DNA of 64,000 nucleotides from Planctomycetota bacterium (GTDB lineage: Bacteria; Planctomycetota; PLA2; JAEUHO01). Location: NCBI GenBank assembly GCA_965223505.1, contig CBDCWP010000030.1, forward strand, positions 1-64,000, in the 5' to 3' direction. The notes below the pieces were generated by a model. That model was not told the origin of the DNA, made no database searches, and was given only the letters and a program-made list of their open reading frames with translations. Below, in pieces: positions 1-9,674 of this stretch (position 1 is its first letter; every line of letters starts with the position of its first letter). A program made the position numbers and the translations under genes.

Positions 1-1147
1 CATCGCGATCGTGCGCGACGACATGGTGTCGCTGCGCGAGCGCTTCGGCGGCGCCCGACGCACCGCCATCGAGGACGTACAGGGCGACTACACCTCGCTC
101 GACCTGGTCACGCCGGAGAACGTCGTCGTCACCGTCTCGCACGAGGGCTACATCAAGCGCACCGGACTCGACGCGTACCGCAAGCAGCGGCGCGGCGGCA
201 AGGGCATCAAGGGCACGGAGTCCAAGGAAGGCGACTTCGTCGAGCACCTGCTCGTCGCCAACACGCACGACCTCATCCTGTGCTTCACCGATCGGGGCAA
301 GGTCTACAAGGAGCACGTGTTCGGCCTGCCGGAGCTGGGCCGCTACGCCAAGGGCCGCCCGCTCGTCAACTACCTGAACGTGGGCACCGACGAGCGCCCG
401 CATTCGATCCTCCCGATCCGGGATCTCAACGGCGACAAGTCGATCGTCTTCGCGACGCGCAACGGCATCGTCAAGCGCACGCGTCTGCGCGACTTCCAGA
501 ACATCCACAAGGGCGGCATCATCGCGACGCAGCTGCGCGACGACGACATGCTCATCGGCACGGCCCTCGCGTCGGACGACGACGACGTGGTGCTGGTGAC
601 GGCGCAGGGCATGGCAATCCGCTTCCCCGCGACCGACGTTCGCGCAATGGGCCGCCAGGCGACCGGCGTGCGCGGTATCAAGCTGCGCGCAGACGACCGG
701 GTCGTGGGCATGGTCAAGGTCGCCGAGGGCGGCACGATGCTCACCGTCTGCGAGAAGGGCTACGCCAAGCGCACGGCGTTCGAGGACTACCGGCCGCAGA
801 CGCGAGGCGGGCTCGGCTTGCGCAACATCTCGCCGCAGGGCCTCGCGCGCAACGGCCTCGTCGTCGCCGCCCGCGACATCGAGGACGGCGATGAGATCAT
901 CCTCATCACCGAGGGCGGCAAGACGATTCGCATGTCGGTGTCCGAGTCGCAGTTCCGCGTGATGGGGCGCGCCACGGCCGGCGTGAAGGCGATCGAGGTG
1001 CCGGCCGGGGACCGGCTCGTCTCGATGGCGTGGGTCCGTCCCGAAGAAGAGCTCACGGCCGACGACGATGCGAGCGGCGCCTCGGCGGATGGCGACGGCG
1101 GCGCCCCCGAGACCAACGGACAAGACGAGGGTTCCGCGAACGAGTAA
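1..1147 (+). CDS. gyrA: DNA gyrase subunit A, C-terminal part (5' truncated by window)
   Basis: GyrA-box QRRGGKG, beta-pinwheel blades (FTDRGKVY, FATRNGIVKRT, RAMGRQATGVRGI, KGYAKRT), acidic tail; frame is open from the window start. Confidence 0.95.
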   Translation, partial: IAIVRDDMVSLRERFGGARRTAIEDVQGDYTSLDLVTPENVVVTVSHEGYIKRTGLDAYRKQRRGGKGIKGTESKEGDFVEHLLVANTHDLILCFTDRGKVYKEHVFGLPELGRYAKGRPLVNYLNVGTDERPHSILPIRDLNGDKSIVFATRNGIVKRTRLRDFQNIHKGGIIATQLRDDDMLIGTALASDDDDVVLVTAQGMAIRFPATDVRAMGRQATGVRGIKLRADDRVVGMVKVAEGGTMLTVCEKGYAKRTAFEDYRPQTRGGLGLRNISPQGLARNGLVVAARDIEDGDEIILITEGGKTIRMSVSESQFRVMGRATAGVKAIEVPAGDRLVSMAWVRPEEELTADDDASGASADGDGGAPETNGQDEGSANE

Positions 1148-1156
1148 CCTGCGACG

Positions 1157-2815
1157 GTGACGCGGCTCGCTCTCCTCATCGGACTCCTCCTGGTCTGCAC
1201 GCCCGCGTGGGCGGGGGAGACGCGCACCTTCGAAGACGACAATCTCCGGTGGACGCTGCCGGAGGGCTGGTCGTTTCACAAGGTCTCGCGCATGCAGGCC
1301 AACGCGGGCTTCCTGGTCGCGGCAAGCCACGACGACGTCGCGGCCGACCTGTCGTGCGCTCGGTTCGAGGCGCAGGAGGGCGTCACGCTCGACAAGCTCC
1401 TGAAGGACCTGACGGACTGGGGCCGGAGCCGCTTGCGCAACGCGGAAACGTCGAAGTCGACGGCCGCCACGCTGTCCGGGCTCGCGGGCAAGGTCGCCTT
1501 CGTCCAGGGCGAGGTCGCCGACCGAGCCTCCGCGCATTTCCGCTACTACGCCGTGCGACACGAGCACCAGTTCTACGTGCTCGTCATGCAGACCTGGGAC
1601 GGGACCCACCGCACGCAGCAGCGCGCGCTCGACGCGGCACGACGCGGGCTGAGACTGATCGAAGGCGCCGGACCGAGCGAGAAGCCGCTCGCCGGTTTCG
1701 GCGAGCTCGGTCCGGACCCGGAGATCGAGTCCCACCCCGCGGGCGGCCCGGTCTGGTCGGAAACGTCACCGCGCAGGGAGGGCGACACGATCGTCTTCCC
1801 CTCGCACGACCTACGGTGGACCGTACGGGAGACGCCCTTCGCCCTCACGTACGTCACGAACGACGAGCGCAAGACGGGGCAGATCTTCCTCGTCTACGAG
1901 GCCGCGCGCGAGCGACGCGTTCCGAAGGACGACGCGATGAACACCTGCAAGCTGCGCCTGACGATCGAGGACAAGCCCCGGGGCTTCGACGCGGTGAAAC
2001 TCGTCCGCGACGAGGAATGGCAGGACGCGAAGGCGGCCGGCCTCGAGAAGCGACTTCCCAAGGGCGTCTCGTTCAAAGACGGTGTCGCGCTCGGGAACGC
2101 GACCGCGTCGTACGTGCAGATCCGCGGCATGGTCGGCGACGCGCATCGAACGCTCGCCTACTACGTCGTGGCGGTGCGCGACCGGATCTACACGTGGCAT
2201 GCCATGGCGACCGGCGAAGAAGCGGTGTACACCCTGTTTCGCGGCGAGGTGGAGCGTCTGCTCGCCGGTGCGAGGTTCTCCGACACGCGTCCGGGTGTCG
2301 CGGGGCCCTGGCTGGCCGCCGTGTCGCCGCAGACGAAGCCGCGCGGCGCCGACGTCGAGCGCAAGGTCGGGTTCGAGCTCCCGGGAGCCCGGGTCGTCAA
2401 ACCGCCGGGCCTGGGGGTCCTGACGCTCGGTGACGCCGCGACCGCGGCGCTGGCGCTCGAGGGCCGGACCGAGGCGGGGTACGCGTACGTCGAGGTCCGC
2501 GTCGCGGCGGCCGCCGCCCCGGTCGCCGCGCGGCAGTCGCAGGCGCTCGCCAAGGCCCGTGCGAAGGCGTGGACGGACACGTTCGGCGCCTCTGCGGTCG
2601 TCGCCGCGCCGGAGACCGACACCTGGGCCGGCGAGACGTGCCGGACGGCGCACCTGACCGGCATGCGTGACGGCGTTACCTACACGGAACGATCCTGGTG
2701 GATCGGGCATGCAGACCACCTCTATGTCGTTCGCGTACAATACGGAGGCGACGCGGAAACGGCACTCGGTGCGGCCTTTGCTGCGTTTCGCGAGTCCTGG
2801 ACGTTCGAGAACTGA
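1157..2815 (+). CDS. Secreted hypothetical protein, 552 aa, apparently three tandem PsbP/DcrB-like domains
   Basis: Signal peptide ending PAWA; repeated units starting LRWTLPEGW / LRWTVRETP / ARVVKPPG and ending in a helix plus aromatic strand; fold is inferred. Confidence 0.7.
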   Translation: MTRLALLIGLLLVCTPAWAGETRTFEDDNLRWTLPEGWSFHKVSRMQANAGFLVAASHDDVAADLSCARFEAQEGVTLDKLLKDLTDWGRSRLRNAETSKSTAATLSGLAGKVAFVQGEVADRASAHFRYYAVRHEHQFYVLVMQTWDGTHRTQQRALDAARRGLRLIEGAGPSEKPLAGFGELGPDPEIESHPAGGPVWSETSPRREGDTIVFPSHDLRWTVRETPFALTYVTNDERKTGQIFLVYEAARERRVPKDDAMNTCKLRLTIEDKPRGFDAVKLVRDEEWQDAKAAGLEKRLPKGVSFKDGVALGNATASYVQIRGMVGDAHRTLAYYVVAVRDRIYTWHAMATGEEAVYTLFRGEVERLLAGARFSDTRPGVAGPWLAAVSPQTKPRGADVERKVGFELPGARVVKPPGLGVLTLGDAATAALALEGRTEAGYAYVEVRVAAAAAPVAARQSQALAKARAKAWTDTFGASAVVAAPETDTWAGETCRTAHLTGMRDGVTYTERSWWIGHADHLYVVRVQYGGDAETALGAAFAAFRESWTFEN

Positions 2816-2826
2816 GGTCGAAAAGC

Positions 2827-4155
2827 ATGGCTATGCGCACATCCGTTCTGCTGCTGCTCACCGTGTCGTTTTCCATCGCGCTGCTTGGCGGCGACGGCGC
2901 GTCGGAAGCCCGTGAGTGGGAAGACCCGAAGCTGAACTGCTGGCTCGAGGTTCCCGACACGTGGACGTGGATCAAGGACAAGCCGGACTGGGCCAAGACG
3001 GGCATCGTGCGCGCCGCGCGACGCTCCCTGAAGGAGCTCAAGGGCGGGAAGCCCGCCGACGGCGAGGGCGCCTTGCTGTACCTGGCGATCCGCGACGCGC
3101 CCGCGGAGACCTCGCTCAAGGACATCTCGCGCAGCGACGAGGTGAAGGAGTTCCTCACGGGGCGCTTCGACGGGAGTCCGAAGATCAAGTTCGACGACAC
3201 GGGACTGACGCTCAAGGACGACCTGCCCGCCGTCGTGCTGGAGGCGGAAGGGACCGCAATCAACCTCAACGCCAAGAAGCGTCCGTGCCACGGCATCCTC
3301 GTCGTCACGGTCGCAAAGGGGAAGCTGTACCTCCTGCGCCTGTTCGCGTTCCCGACCGAGTTCGACGAAGAGGGCGTCAAGGTCGACATCGACTACACGG
3401 CGTACAGCGGCTTCGACATCCTCAACCCGAAGGAGGACGTCAAGCACAAGCCCGACCCGAGTGCCGCCGGAAACGCGCCGGACGAACCCGACATCGAGCG
3501 CGTCGAGGAGGAGCTCGACTTCGAAGACATCAAGCTGCGCATGGTCAAGCACGCGAAGCTCACGCGGGTGGACCCGCTGCCTTCGGAAGGCGAGGACGTC
3601 GTCGTCAAGTTCGAGGGCTCGGACCAATACGGCTCGTACACCGTGCGCGTGATCGCTATTCCGCTCAACCGGATCATCAACGGCCAGCAGGCGACGCCGC
3701 CGGCGATCAAGCCCGCCGTCACGACCGACTGGTGGAACCAGTTCATCAACGAGCATCCCAAGGGCGCCATCTACTCGTACAAGTGGCCCAAGAAGACCCG
3801 CCACAAGACCTTGCTCACCTTCCCGGAGATCGAGAACGAGAAGAACAAGATCACCGTCGTCAAGGAGGACGGCAAGCGCCCGATCGATCCGAAGTCGTCG
3901 GACATCATGAAGAAGATGAAGTTCGCCCAGAAGGTCAAGAGCAACAAGGTCGGCCCGAAGGTGAAGGTCTCGGAGGCCTACCGCGGCGTCCTGCACGGCA
4001 ACTACCCCGGCCAGGGCCAGCACTACGTGGCGAAGTTCGGCTTCCGCACGGCGTTCCACACGTACCGCGTCTACGTCGGCATCTGGAAGGAAGGCTACAA
4101 GAACTGGGGCGAGGCCATTCGCTCCACGCTGGAGTCGATGGAGTTCTACAAGTAG
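2827..4155 (+). CDS. Secreted Lys-rich hypothetical protein, 442 aa
   Basis: GAGG then ATG 2827; signal peptide (MAMRTSVLLLLTVSFSIALL); strongly biased codon usage; WLEVPDTW start resembles the preceding gene's units. Confidence 0.75.
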   Translation: MAMRTSVLLLLTVSFSIALLGGDGASEAREWEDPKLNCWLEVPDTWTWIKDKPDWAKTGIVRAARRSLKELKGGKPADGEGALLYLAIRDAPAETSLKDISRSDEVKEFLTGRFDGSPKIKFDDTGLTLKDDLPAVVLEAEGTAINLNAKKRPCHGILVVTVAKGKLYLLRLFAFPTEFDEEGVKVDIDYTAYSGFDILNPKEDVKHKPDPSAAGNAPDEPDIERVEEELDFEDIKLRMVKHAKLTRVDPLPSEGEDVVVKFEGSDQYGSYTVRVIAIPLNRIINGQQATPPAIKPAVTTDWWNQFINEHPKGAIYSYKWPKKTRHKTLLTFPEIENEKNKITVVKEDGKRPIDPKSSDIMKKMKFAQKVKSNKVGPKVKVSEAYRGVLHGNYPGQGQHYVAKFGFRTAFHTYRVYVGIWKEGYKNWGEAIRSTLESMEFYK

Positions 4156-4213
4156 CGGAGCCGGCTCCGGGGAGGCGCGCGTTTCCAGCGATCTGATCGC
4201 ACGCCCCGCGAAC

Positions 4214-5488
4214 GTGGGGCATCTCGAGGGGCTGGGCGCCGGGCTCGGCGGACGCATTCGTTCGCGGCCGGAGGACTTCCTGGTCGAGGAGATCCCGTTG
4301 CGCCCGCCGACCGGGCGCGGCGACGTCACGCGCGTTCAGATCGAGAAGCGCGCGACGCCGACGTTCGACGTGCTCCTGTTCTTGAGCAAGGCCGTGAAGG
4401 TGAGCGAACGCCGCATCGGCTACGCGGGGCTGAAGGACGCGCGCGCCGTCGCGCGGCAGTACGTGTCGGTGCCGAAGGTGGCGCCCGAGCGCTTCCACGG
4501 TCTCCGGCACCCCAAGTTCCGCGTGCTCTCGGCGGAGCGCGACGCGAAGGCGCTCAAGATCGGTCACCTGAAGGGCAACCGCTTCACGATTCGCGTCCGC
4601 GACCCGAACCTGGAGCGTGTCGACGCCGCCCGCACGACCCTGGAGCGGCTCGTGTCGCGCGGCATGCCGAACGGCTACGGCACGCAACGCTACGGCGTAA
4701 GGCAGGACGGGCACCTGCTGGGCCGGGCGATGGTGCGCGAGGACTGGGGCGGGTTCATGGACCTGTTGCTCGGCGACCCGGCGCCGTCCGAGATGAACCC
4801 GTCGGTGCGCGAAGCGCGCCGCTGCTACGACGCGGGCGATCTCGAGCAGGCGTACGCGCTGTTTCCGCTCAAGCACCGCTGGGAGAAGCGTGCGCTGAAG
4901 GTGCTGATGCGCGGCGGTTCGCCGCGCGACGCGTTCGAGATCATCGGATCGGGGCCGAAGCGCATCTGGTTGTCGGCGTGGCAGTCGTATCTGTTCAACT
5001 GCATCCTGCACCGGCGGGTGCAGGACGACACGTTCGACCGGCTGGAGCCCGGCGACCTGGGTTGGCTGCACGGCAGCGGCGCGCTGTTTCAGGCGGACGA
5101 ACACGACGCGGACCTGGCCCGCCGGCACCGGGCGTCGCCGACGGGGCCGCTCCTGGGCTACGACCCGCGCGTTCCGACGGGGCGCCCCGGCGAGATCGAG
5201 CGCGAGGTGCTCGAAGCCGAGGGCGCCGACGCCGAAGCGTTCCGCACATCGCATTGCCGGGCGCGGGGCGGCCGCCGTCCGCTGCGCGTGCGGCTGCGCG
5301 AGGCGACGCTGGCCGTCGAAAGCGACGGGTCGGTCGTCGTGCGCTTCGTGCTGCCGCCCGGTGCGTTCGCGACGGTGGTGATGGAGCACTTGATGCTCGA
5401 CGCGCCGGGTCCGGAGGGGCCGGTCCGCGACCGAGTGCTTTCGTATGTACCGAAGCCGGGTGAAGCCGACGGCGCGGCGGCCGGGTAG
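4214..5488 (+). CDS. truD: tRNA pseudouridine(13) synthase TruD
   Basis: PEDFLVEE, GYAGLKDARAVARQ (catalytic Asp), GHLKGNRFTI, PNGYGTQRYG, SAWQSYLFN, FVLPPGAFAT; exact start uncertain. Confidence 0.93.
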   Translation: MGHLEGLGAGLGGRIRSRPEDFLVEEIPLRPPTGRGDVTRVQIEKRATPTFDVLLFLSKAVKVSERRIGYAGLKDARAVARQYVSVPKVAPERFHGLRHPKFRVLSAERDAKALKIGHLKGNRFTIRVRDPNLERVDAARTTLERLVSRGMPNGYGTQRYGVRQDGHLLGRAMVREDWGGFMDLLLGDPAPSEMNPSVREARRCYDAGDLEQAYALFPLKHRWEKRALKVLMRGGSPRDAFEIIGSGPKRIWLSAWQSYLFNCILHRRVQDDTFDRLEPGDLGWLHGSGALFQADEHDADLARRHRASPTGPLLGYDPRVPTGRPGEIEREVLEAEGADAEAFRTSHCRARGGRRPLRVRLREATLAVESDGSVVVRFVLPPGAFATVVMEHLMLDAPGPEGPVRDRVLSYVPKPGEADGAAAG

Positions 5489-5534
5489 CCGACCGGCCGG
5501 AACGCCGTCGCAAGGTGCGGGTACGCTCAGGTCC

Positions 5535-6653
5535 GTGAGAATCATCGCAGTCCTGAACCAGAAGGGCGGTGTGGGCAAGACCACCACCGCGGTCAATCTC
5601 GGTGCCGCGCTGGCCCTGCGCGGCAAGCGCGTCCTGCTCATCGACAGCGACGCCCAGGGCAACCTCACCGACCACCTCGGCATCGACCCGGACGAGACGG
5701 ACGCGACGCTCTACGAGGTCCTGGTCGAAGGGGCGCGCCTCGACGACGCGACGACGGAGACGACGACCGAGCGCCTCTTCGTGGTGCCGGCGCACGAAGA
5801 CCTGGCCGCCGCGGAGACGGAGCTGGCCGCGAAGATCGGACGGGAGCTGCGCCTGCGCAAGGCGGTGCGCGAGATCCCCGCTGATCGGTACGACTGGGTG
5901 CTCATCGACTGTCCGCCCAGCCTCGGGCTGCTGTCGCTGAACGCGATGGCCGCCGCGCACGAGGTGCTCATCACCGTGCAGACCGAGTACTTCGCGCTGC
6001 GCGGGCTCGGACAGCTCGACCGCATCGTGGAGATGGTCAAGGAAGAGGTGAACCCTTCGCTCGAGCTGCTCGGCATCCTTCCCACGCTCGTGAACCCGGT
6101 GACGAACCTCGCGAAGGAGGTCATCGACGAGATTCGCAGGCACTACGGCGACCGCGTGTTCGCGACACGCATCCGCCAGAACATCCGGCTGGCGGAGGCG
6201 CCCAGTCACCAGACGCACATTTTCGCGTACGACGCGAACTCCGCCGGCGCCGAAGACTACACGAAGCTCGCCGACGAGGTCTTGCGTGTGCGCGACGTGA
6301 AGAGCGCCGCGCCGGTCGCGCCGCCGTCACCTGCGATCGAGATCCCACAAGAGAGTGAACCCGGCGAGAGAGAATCCGACGAGACCGAGGCTGAAGCCGA
6401 GATCGAGACGATGACGGAGCGGGAGCCCGTGCCGGAATCGACCGAGGCGCCGGCGGTCGGCGAGACCACCGAAGCGCCGAGCGACGCCGCGATCGACGAA
6501 ACGCCCGAGCCCGAGCCGGTGAACGACGGACTGCCGGAGAGCTTCGACGAGCTGCCGACGGCGCCCCGCATTCGCGAGGCGACCGAGCGCCCTCCGCTGG
6601 TCTTCCCGATCATCCCGGCGCCGAACGGGGAAGACGAATCGCCCGGTGCGTAG
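5535..6653 (+). CDS. parA: ParA/Soj family ATPase with acidic Pro/Glu-rich C-terminal tail
   Basis: Deviant Walker A NQKGGVGKTTT, IDSDAQGN, IDCPPSLG, RLAEAPS; GTG start at 5535. Confidence 0.9.
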   Translation: MRIIAVLNQKGGVGKTTTAVNLGAALALRGKRVLLIDSDAQGNLTDHLGIDPDETDATLYEVLVEGARLDDATTETTTERLFVVPAHEDLAAAETELAAKIGRELRLRKAVREIPADRYDWVLIDCPPSLGLLSLNAMAAAHEVLITVQTEYFALRGLGQLDRIVEMVKEEVNPSLELLGILPTLVNPVTNLAKEVIDEIRRHYGDRVFATRIRQNIRLAEAPSHQTHIFAYDANSAGAEDYTKLADEVLRVRDVKSAAPVAPPSPAIEIPQESEPGERESDETEAEAEIETMTEREPVPESTEAPAVGETTEAPSDAAIDETPEPEPVNDGLPESFDELPTAPRIREATERPPLVFPIIPAPNGEDESPGA

Positions 6654-7383
6654 CGGGCGCGAGGTCTCGTTCGTCTCCGGCGTGCATCGCATCGACGCGC
6701 GCCTGCACGAGCCCGACGGCGAGGTGCGCGGCGGGTTCGTCGTCGCGCACCCCCACCCCGCGCATCGCGGCGACATGGACCATCCCGCCGTCATCGCCGC
6801 CGCCGACCGCGCGGCGGCGCATGGACTCCTCGCCATGCGCTTCGATTTCGGCGGCGTGCGCGGCAGCGAAGGCGACGTCGACGACTTCGAGGCGCACCTC
6901 GAGGACTGGCGTCAGGCGATCAGGGACATGGACCGGCGCACGGGCGGCAAGCCGCTGTGGGCAGGTGGGTTCAGCTACGGCGCGCGCAGCCTGGCGTGGC
7001 TGCTGAACCCGCGGGTGGACCGGCGGCCCGCGCCGCGGGGCGTGCTGCTGCTCGCCCCGGCGACGCGCGTGCCGAGAACGAAGCGGGACTTCGGGAATCT
7101 GTTGTTGGGGCGGCCGATCACCGACGCCGCGAAGGACGAGGAGGTGCTGGCGAACCTGCGCGGGTTGCCGGTGCCGGCGCGCGTGCTCGTCGGTGAGTTC
7201 GACGTCGTGGCGCCGCCCGACGAGCTGCGCGAGAACCTCCCGCCCGGCGCGCACTTGGAGGTCTTGCCGCGGCTGAATCACTTCTTCAGCGAACGGCGCG
7301 GCGCGGGTTCGTTGGCGGAAGACGTGTTCCTGCCGGCGTTGGACGACGCGTTCAGGGCGTTGTTGCCGGATCGAACGCCGTGA
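6646..7383 (+). CDS. Alpha/beta-fold hydrolase
   Basis: HPHP..GDMD, nucleophile elbow GFSYG, GEFD and NHFF as likely Asp/His of the triad; overlaps parA stop. Confidence 0.85.
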   Translation: MRSGREVSFVSGVHRIDARLHEPDGEVRGGFVVAHPHPAHRGDMDHPAVIAAADRAAAHGLLAMRFDFGGVRGSEGDVDDFEAHLEDWRQAIRDMDRRTGGKPLWAGGFSYGARSLAWLLNPRVDRRPAPRGVLLLAPATRVPRTKRDFGNLLLGRPITDAAKDEEVLANLRGLPVPARVLVGEFDVVAPPDELRENLPPGAHLEVLPRLNHFFSERRGAGSLAEDVFLPALDDAFRALLPDRTP

Positions 7384-7388
7384 TTCGC

Positions 7389-7466
7389 GGGCGACCTCGA
7401 GAGTCGCCCCTACGGCCCAGGCGCGAACGAGACAACCGGCTGTAGGGGCGGGGCTTGACCCCGCCC
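7389..7466. repeat. Doublet of GTAG-type REP-like palindromes
   Basis: GGGCGAC-ctcgaga-GTCGCCC-CTAC (7389-7413) and GTAG-GGGCGGGG-cttga-CCCCGCCC (7442-7466) between convergent genes. Confidence 0.8.
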
Positions 7467-7482
7467 GCGAACAACCGGGCGC

Positions 7483-9105
7483 CTACTCCGCGACCGCGGT
7501 CAGCACCTCGTCGAACACCCGCAGGAACTCGTCCACTTCGCGCGTCAGCGTGTCCGCCAACATCAAGATCCGGATCGGCGCCACCTCGCCGCTCCATCCA
7601 CATCCGAGCAGCTTGAGACCCATCTCCCAACCCTTCCGGACGATGCGCGACCGCTCGCGCACCAATACCGCGTTCATCACGCCGATCCCGCGGTGTCCCG
7701 CCACCAGCTTCGGATGGCGCTCCGCCAGCTGATCCAGCCCTTCGCGCAGCCGCACACCCTTGACCACCTCGTTGTCGAAGTAGCTCATCCCGTCGAACAC
7801 CGGGTCGCGGTAGTGCAACAACGTGTCGAGCGTGTGCCACGCGAAGTTGGTGTCGAACACCCGGCCGGCGCCCCACGTGTTGCTGTGCCAGCCCACGTGG
7901 CAGTGCTCCGCCAGATCCGCGCGCGCGATCGTGATCCCGATGACCATGCTCTTCGCCGTGCACACCACGTCGGGCCGAATGCCCAGGTGCTCGGTCATGA
8001 ACAGCTTGCCGGTGCGAGCCACGCTCTGGACCTCGTCGACGACGAGCAAGCCGTCCGTCTCGTCGCACACGGCGCGCACCTTCGCGAAGAATGCCGGATC
8101 GCCGGGCACGTAGCCGCCCTCGCCCTGGAAGGGCTCCGCGACGAAACCCGCGAACAGGTCCTTGGGGATGCGGCCCTGCTCGTAGACCACACGCTTCAGC
8201 TCGCCGGGTGTCGCGAGGATCTCGGTGATGTCGCGCATGTCGACGAGCTCGCGGACCGGGTCGCCCTCCGCGTTGAACGGCACGTGGTGCACGGTGCGCG
8301 GCTTCGGATAGGAGAGCCGGTGCGCCTTCTTGCTCCACGTGAGCGACAGGGCGCCCAGCGTGCGCCCGTGAAACGCGCCTTCGCACGCGACGAGGTGGAA
8401 CGGGTAGTCGTGGTACACGTCGTGTTCCGGCAGGCCCGGATCACGCTCGAAGTGCGCGGCGGTCGGGACGCCCAGCTCGTCCTGGAGCTTTCGAAACACG
8501 TCCATGCCGTGCGCGGTGACGAAGCGCTTGTAGGCCGCCTGGTAGCAGAGCTTGATCGCCGCCTCGACGGACTCGGCGCCGCTGCTGCTGAAGAACGTGC
8601 TGTAGCCGCCTTCGATCGGCCAGCGCGCACCCATCGCCTCGATCCAGATCGCGGCGAGATCCGCCGGCGTCTTGACCTTGCCGTCGGTGTCGCCGACGAG
8701 GTAGTCGTCCGTGACGATCTCGCGGCGCAGCAGCACGCCCTTCTCCATCAGGTCGTCCACCATGCGGCGCAGGTTCGGGTGGTTCTCGTCCAGCACCTTC
8801 TGCGCGACGGCCAGGTACGAGTCGAAGTGGGTGCCGTGGGGCGTGAGCACGAACGGCCCGTGCGTCGGCCAACCGAGATGCAGGACCGGGGCGTCGTCCA
8901 CGAGCGTCGACGGCAGCAACGCGTGCGCCCAGCGCTTGCGCGTGGCGGCCGCCTCCGCGTCTTCGACGGGCGAGGTGATCTCGACCTGGGCCGTGCCGCG
9001 GTTGAGCCGGTGCTCGCCGACGATCACGTCCGGGTAGGCGATGCGCGACGCCTCCGCGAGCAAGTCGTAGTCGGCGGCCGTGCTTCCGTGCTCGGTGAAC
9101 TTCAT
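7483..9105 (-). CDS. Class III PLP-dependent aminotransferase, 540 aa
   Basis: SGAESVEAAIK, AFHGRTLGALS, EPFQGEGG, DEVQS.ARTG, PDVVCTAK (PLP lysine), HSNTWG. Confidence 0.88.
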   Translation of the reverse strand: MKFTEHGSTAADYDLLAEASRIAYPDVIVGEHRLNRGTAQVEITSPVEDAEAAATRKRWAHALLPSTLVDDAPVLHLGWPTHGPFVLTPHGTHFDSYLAVAQKVLDENHPNLRRMVDDLMEKGVLLRREIVTDDYLVGDTDGKVKTPADLAAIWIEAMGARWPIEGGYSTFFSSSGAESVEAAIKLCYQAAYKRFVTAHGMDVFRKLQDELGVPTAAHFERDPGLPEHDVYHDYPFHLVACEGAFHGRTLGALSLTWSKKAHRLSYPKPRTVHHVPFNAEGDPVRELVDMRDITEILATPGELKRVVYEQGRIPKDLFAGFVAEPFQGEGGYVPGDPAFFAKVRAVCDETDGLLVVDEVQSVARTGKLFMTEHLGIRPDVVCTAKSMVIGITIARADLAEHCHVGWHSNTWGAGRVFDTNFAWHTLDTLLHYRDPVFDGMSYFDNEVVKGVRLREGLDQLAERHPKLVAGHRGIGVMNAVLVRERSRIVRKGWEMGLKLLGCGWSGEVAPIRILMLADTLTREVDEFLRVFDEVLTAVAE

Positions 9106-9145
9106 GCGTCCGAAGTAGCACGGAAGAAGGCGCTGTCCACCCGGG

Positions 9146-9559
9146 TCAGCGGCCCCAGGGAGACGGCTGTTCCTCACTGAGTTCGATCGTGGCGGCGCGG
9201 CCCGTCACGATGATCTGGACCCACGACTCGCCCTCGATCTCGACCGTCTCGCGGACCGTGACGGCGCCGCCGTTGAGCACCGCCGAGCACTCGACCTCGC
9301 CGACGCGGGCGTACACGGTGGGCAGATTGACGGTCGGGACGCCCGGCGGAAAGGTGACCGGGCCCTCGACGACCTTCAGCGCGCCCAGGTAGACGAGCGC
9401 GTCGATGGTGCCGCCCTCCGCGGCCATGCCAGGCGCGGTGATCCACACGTGCACCGGGGTCTCGCGGTTCTCGATGCCGTAGTCGTGGGCGCAGGCGCCG
9501 CTCGCGAGGAGCGCGAGCCCCGCGACGGCCACGCAGAGGATGCTTCGCTCGATAGCCAT
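9146..9559 (-). CDS. Small lipoprotein, 137 aa
   Basis: GGAGG upstream of ATG 9559; hydrophobic signal with lipobox-like ASGA-C; beta-rich mature part. Confidence 0.7.
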   Translation of the reverse strand: MAIERSILCVAVAGLALLASGACAHDYGIENRETPVHVWITAPGMAAEGGTIDALVYLGALKVVEGPVTFPPGVPTVNLPTVYARVGEVECSAVLNGGAVTVRETVEIEGESWVQIIVTGRAATIELSEEQPSPWGR

Positions 9560-9674
9560 GTCGTCGGTCGTCGGCCTCCAGCCCGGCGCCATGCTAACAA
9601 CGTGCGGGGCCGCGCACCCGGTTGGCGGGTGTCGGTCGCACACATACACTCCCTCGCGGTCAGGAGTGCCTTTG

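Noticed and set aside
4169..4213. Strong GGGAGG followed by in-frame GTT upstream of truD, suggesting a non-canonical start
   Set aside because: Cannot be distinguished from chance or a base error; GTG 4214 is retained as the start.
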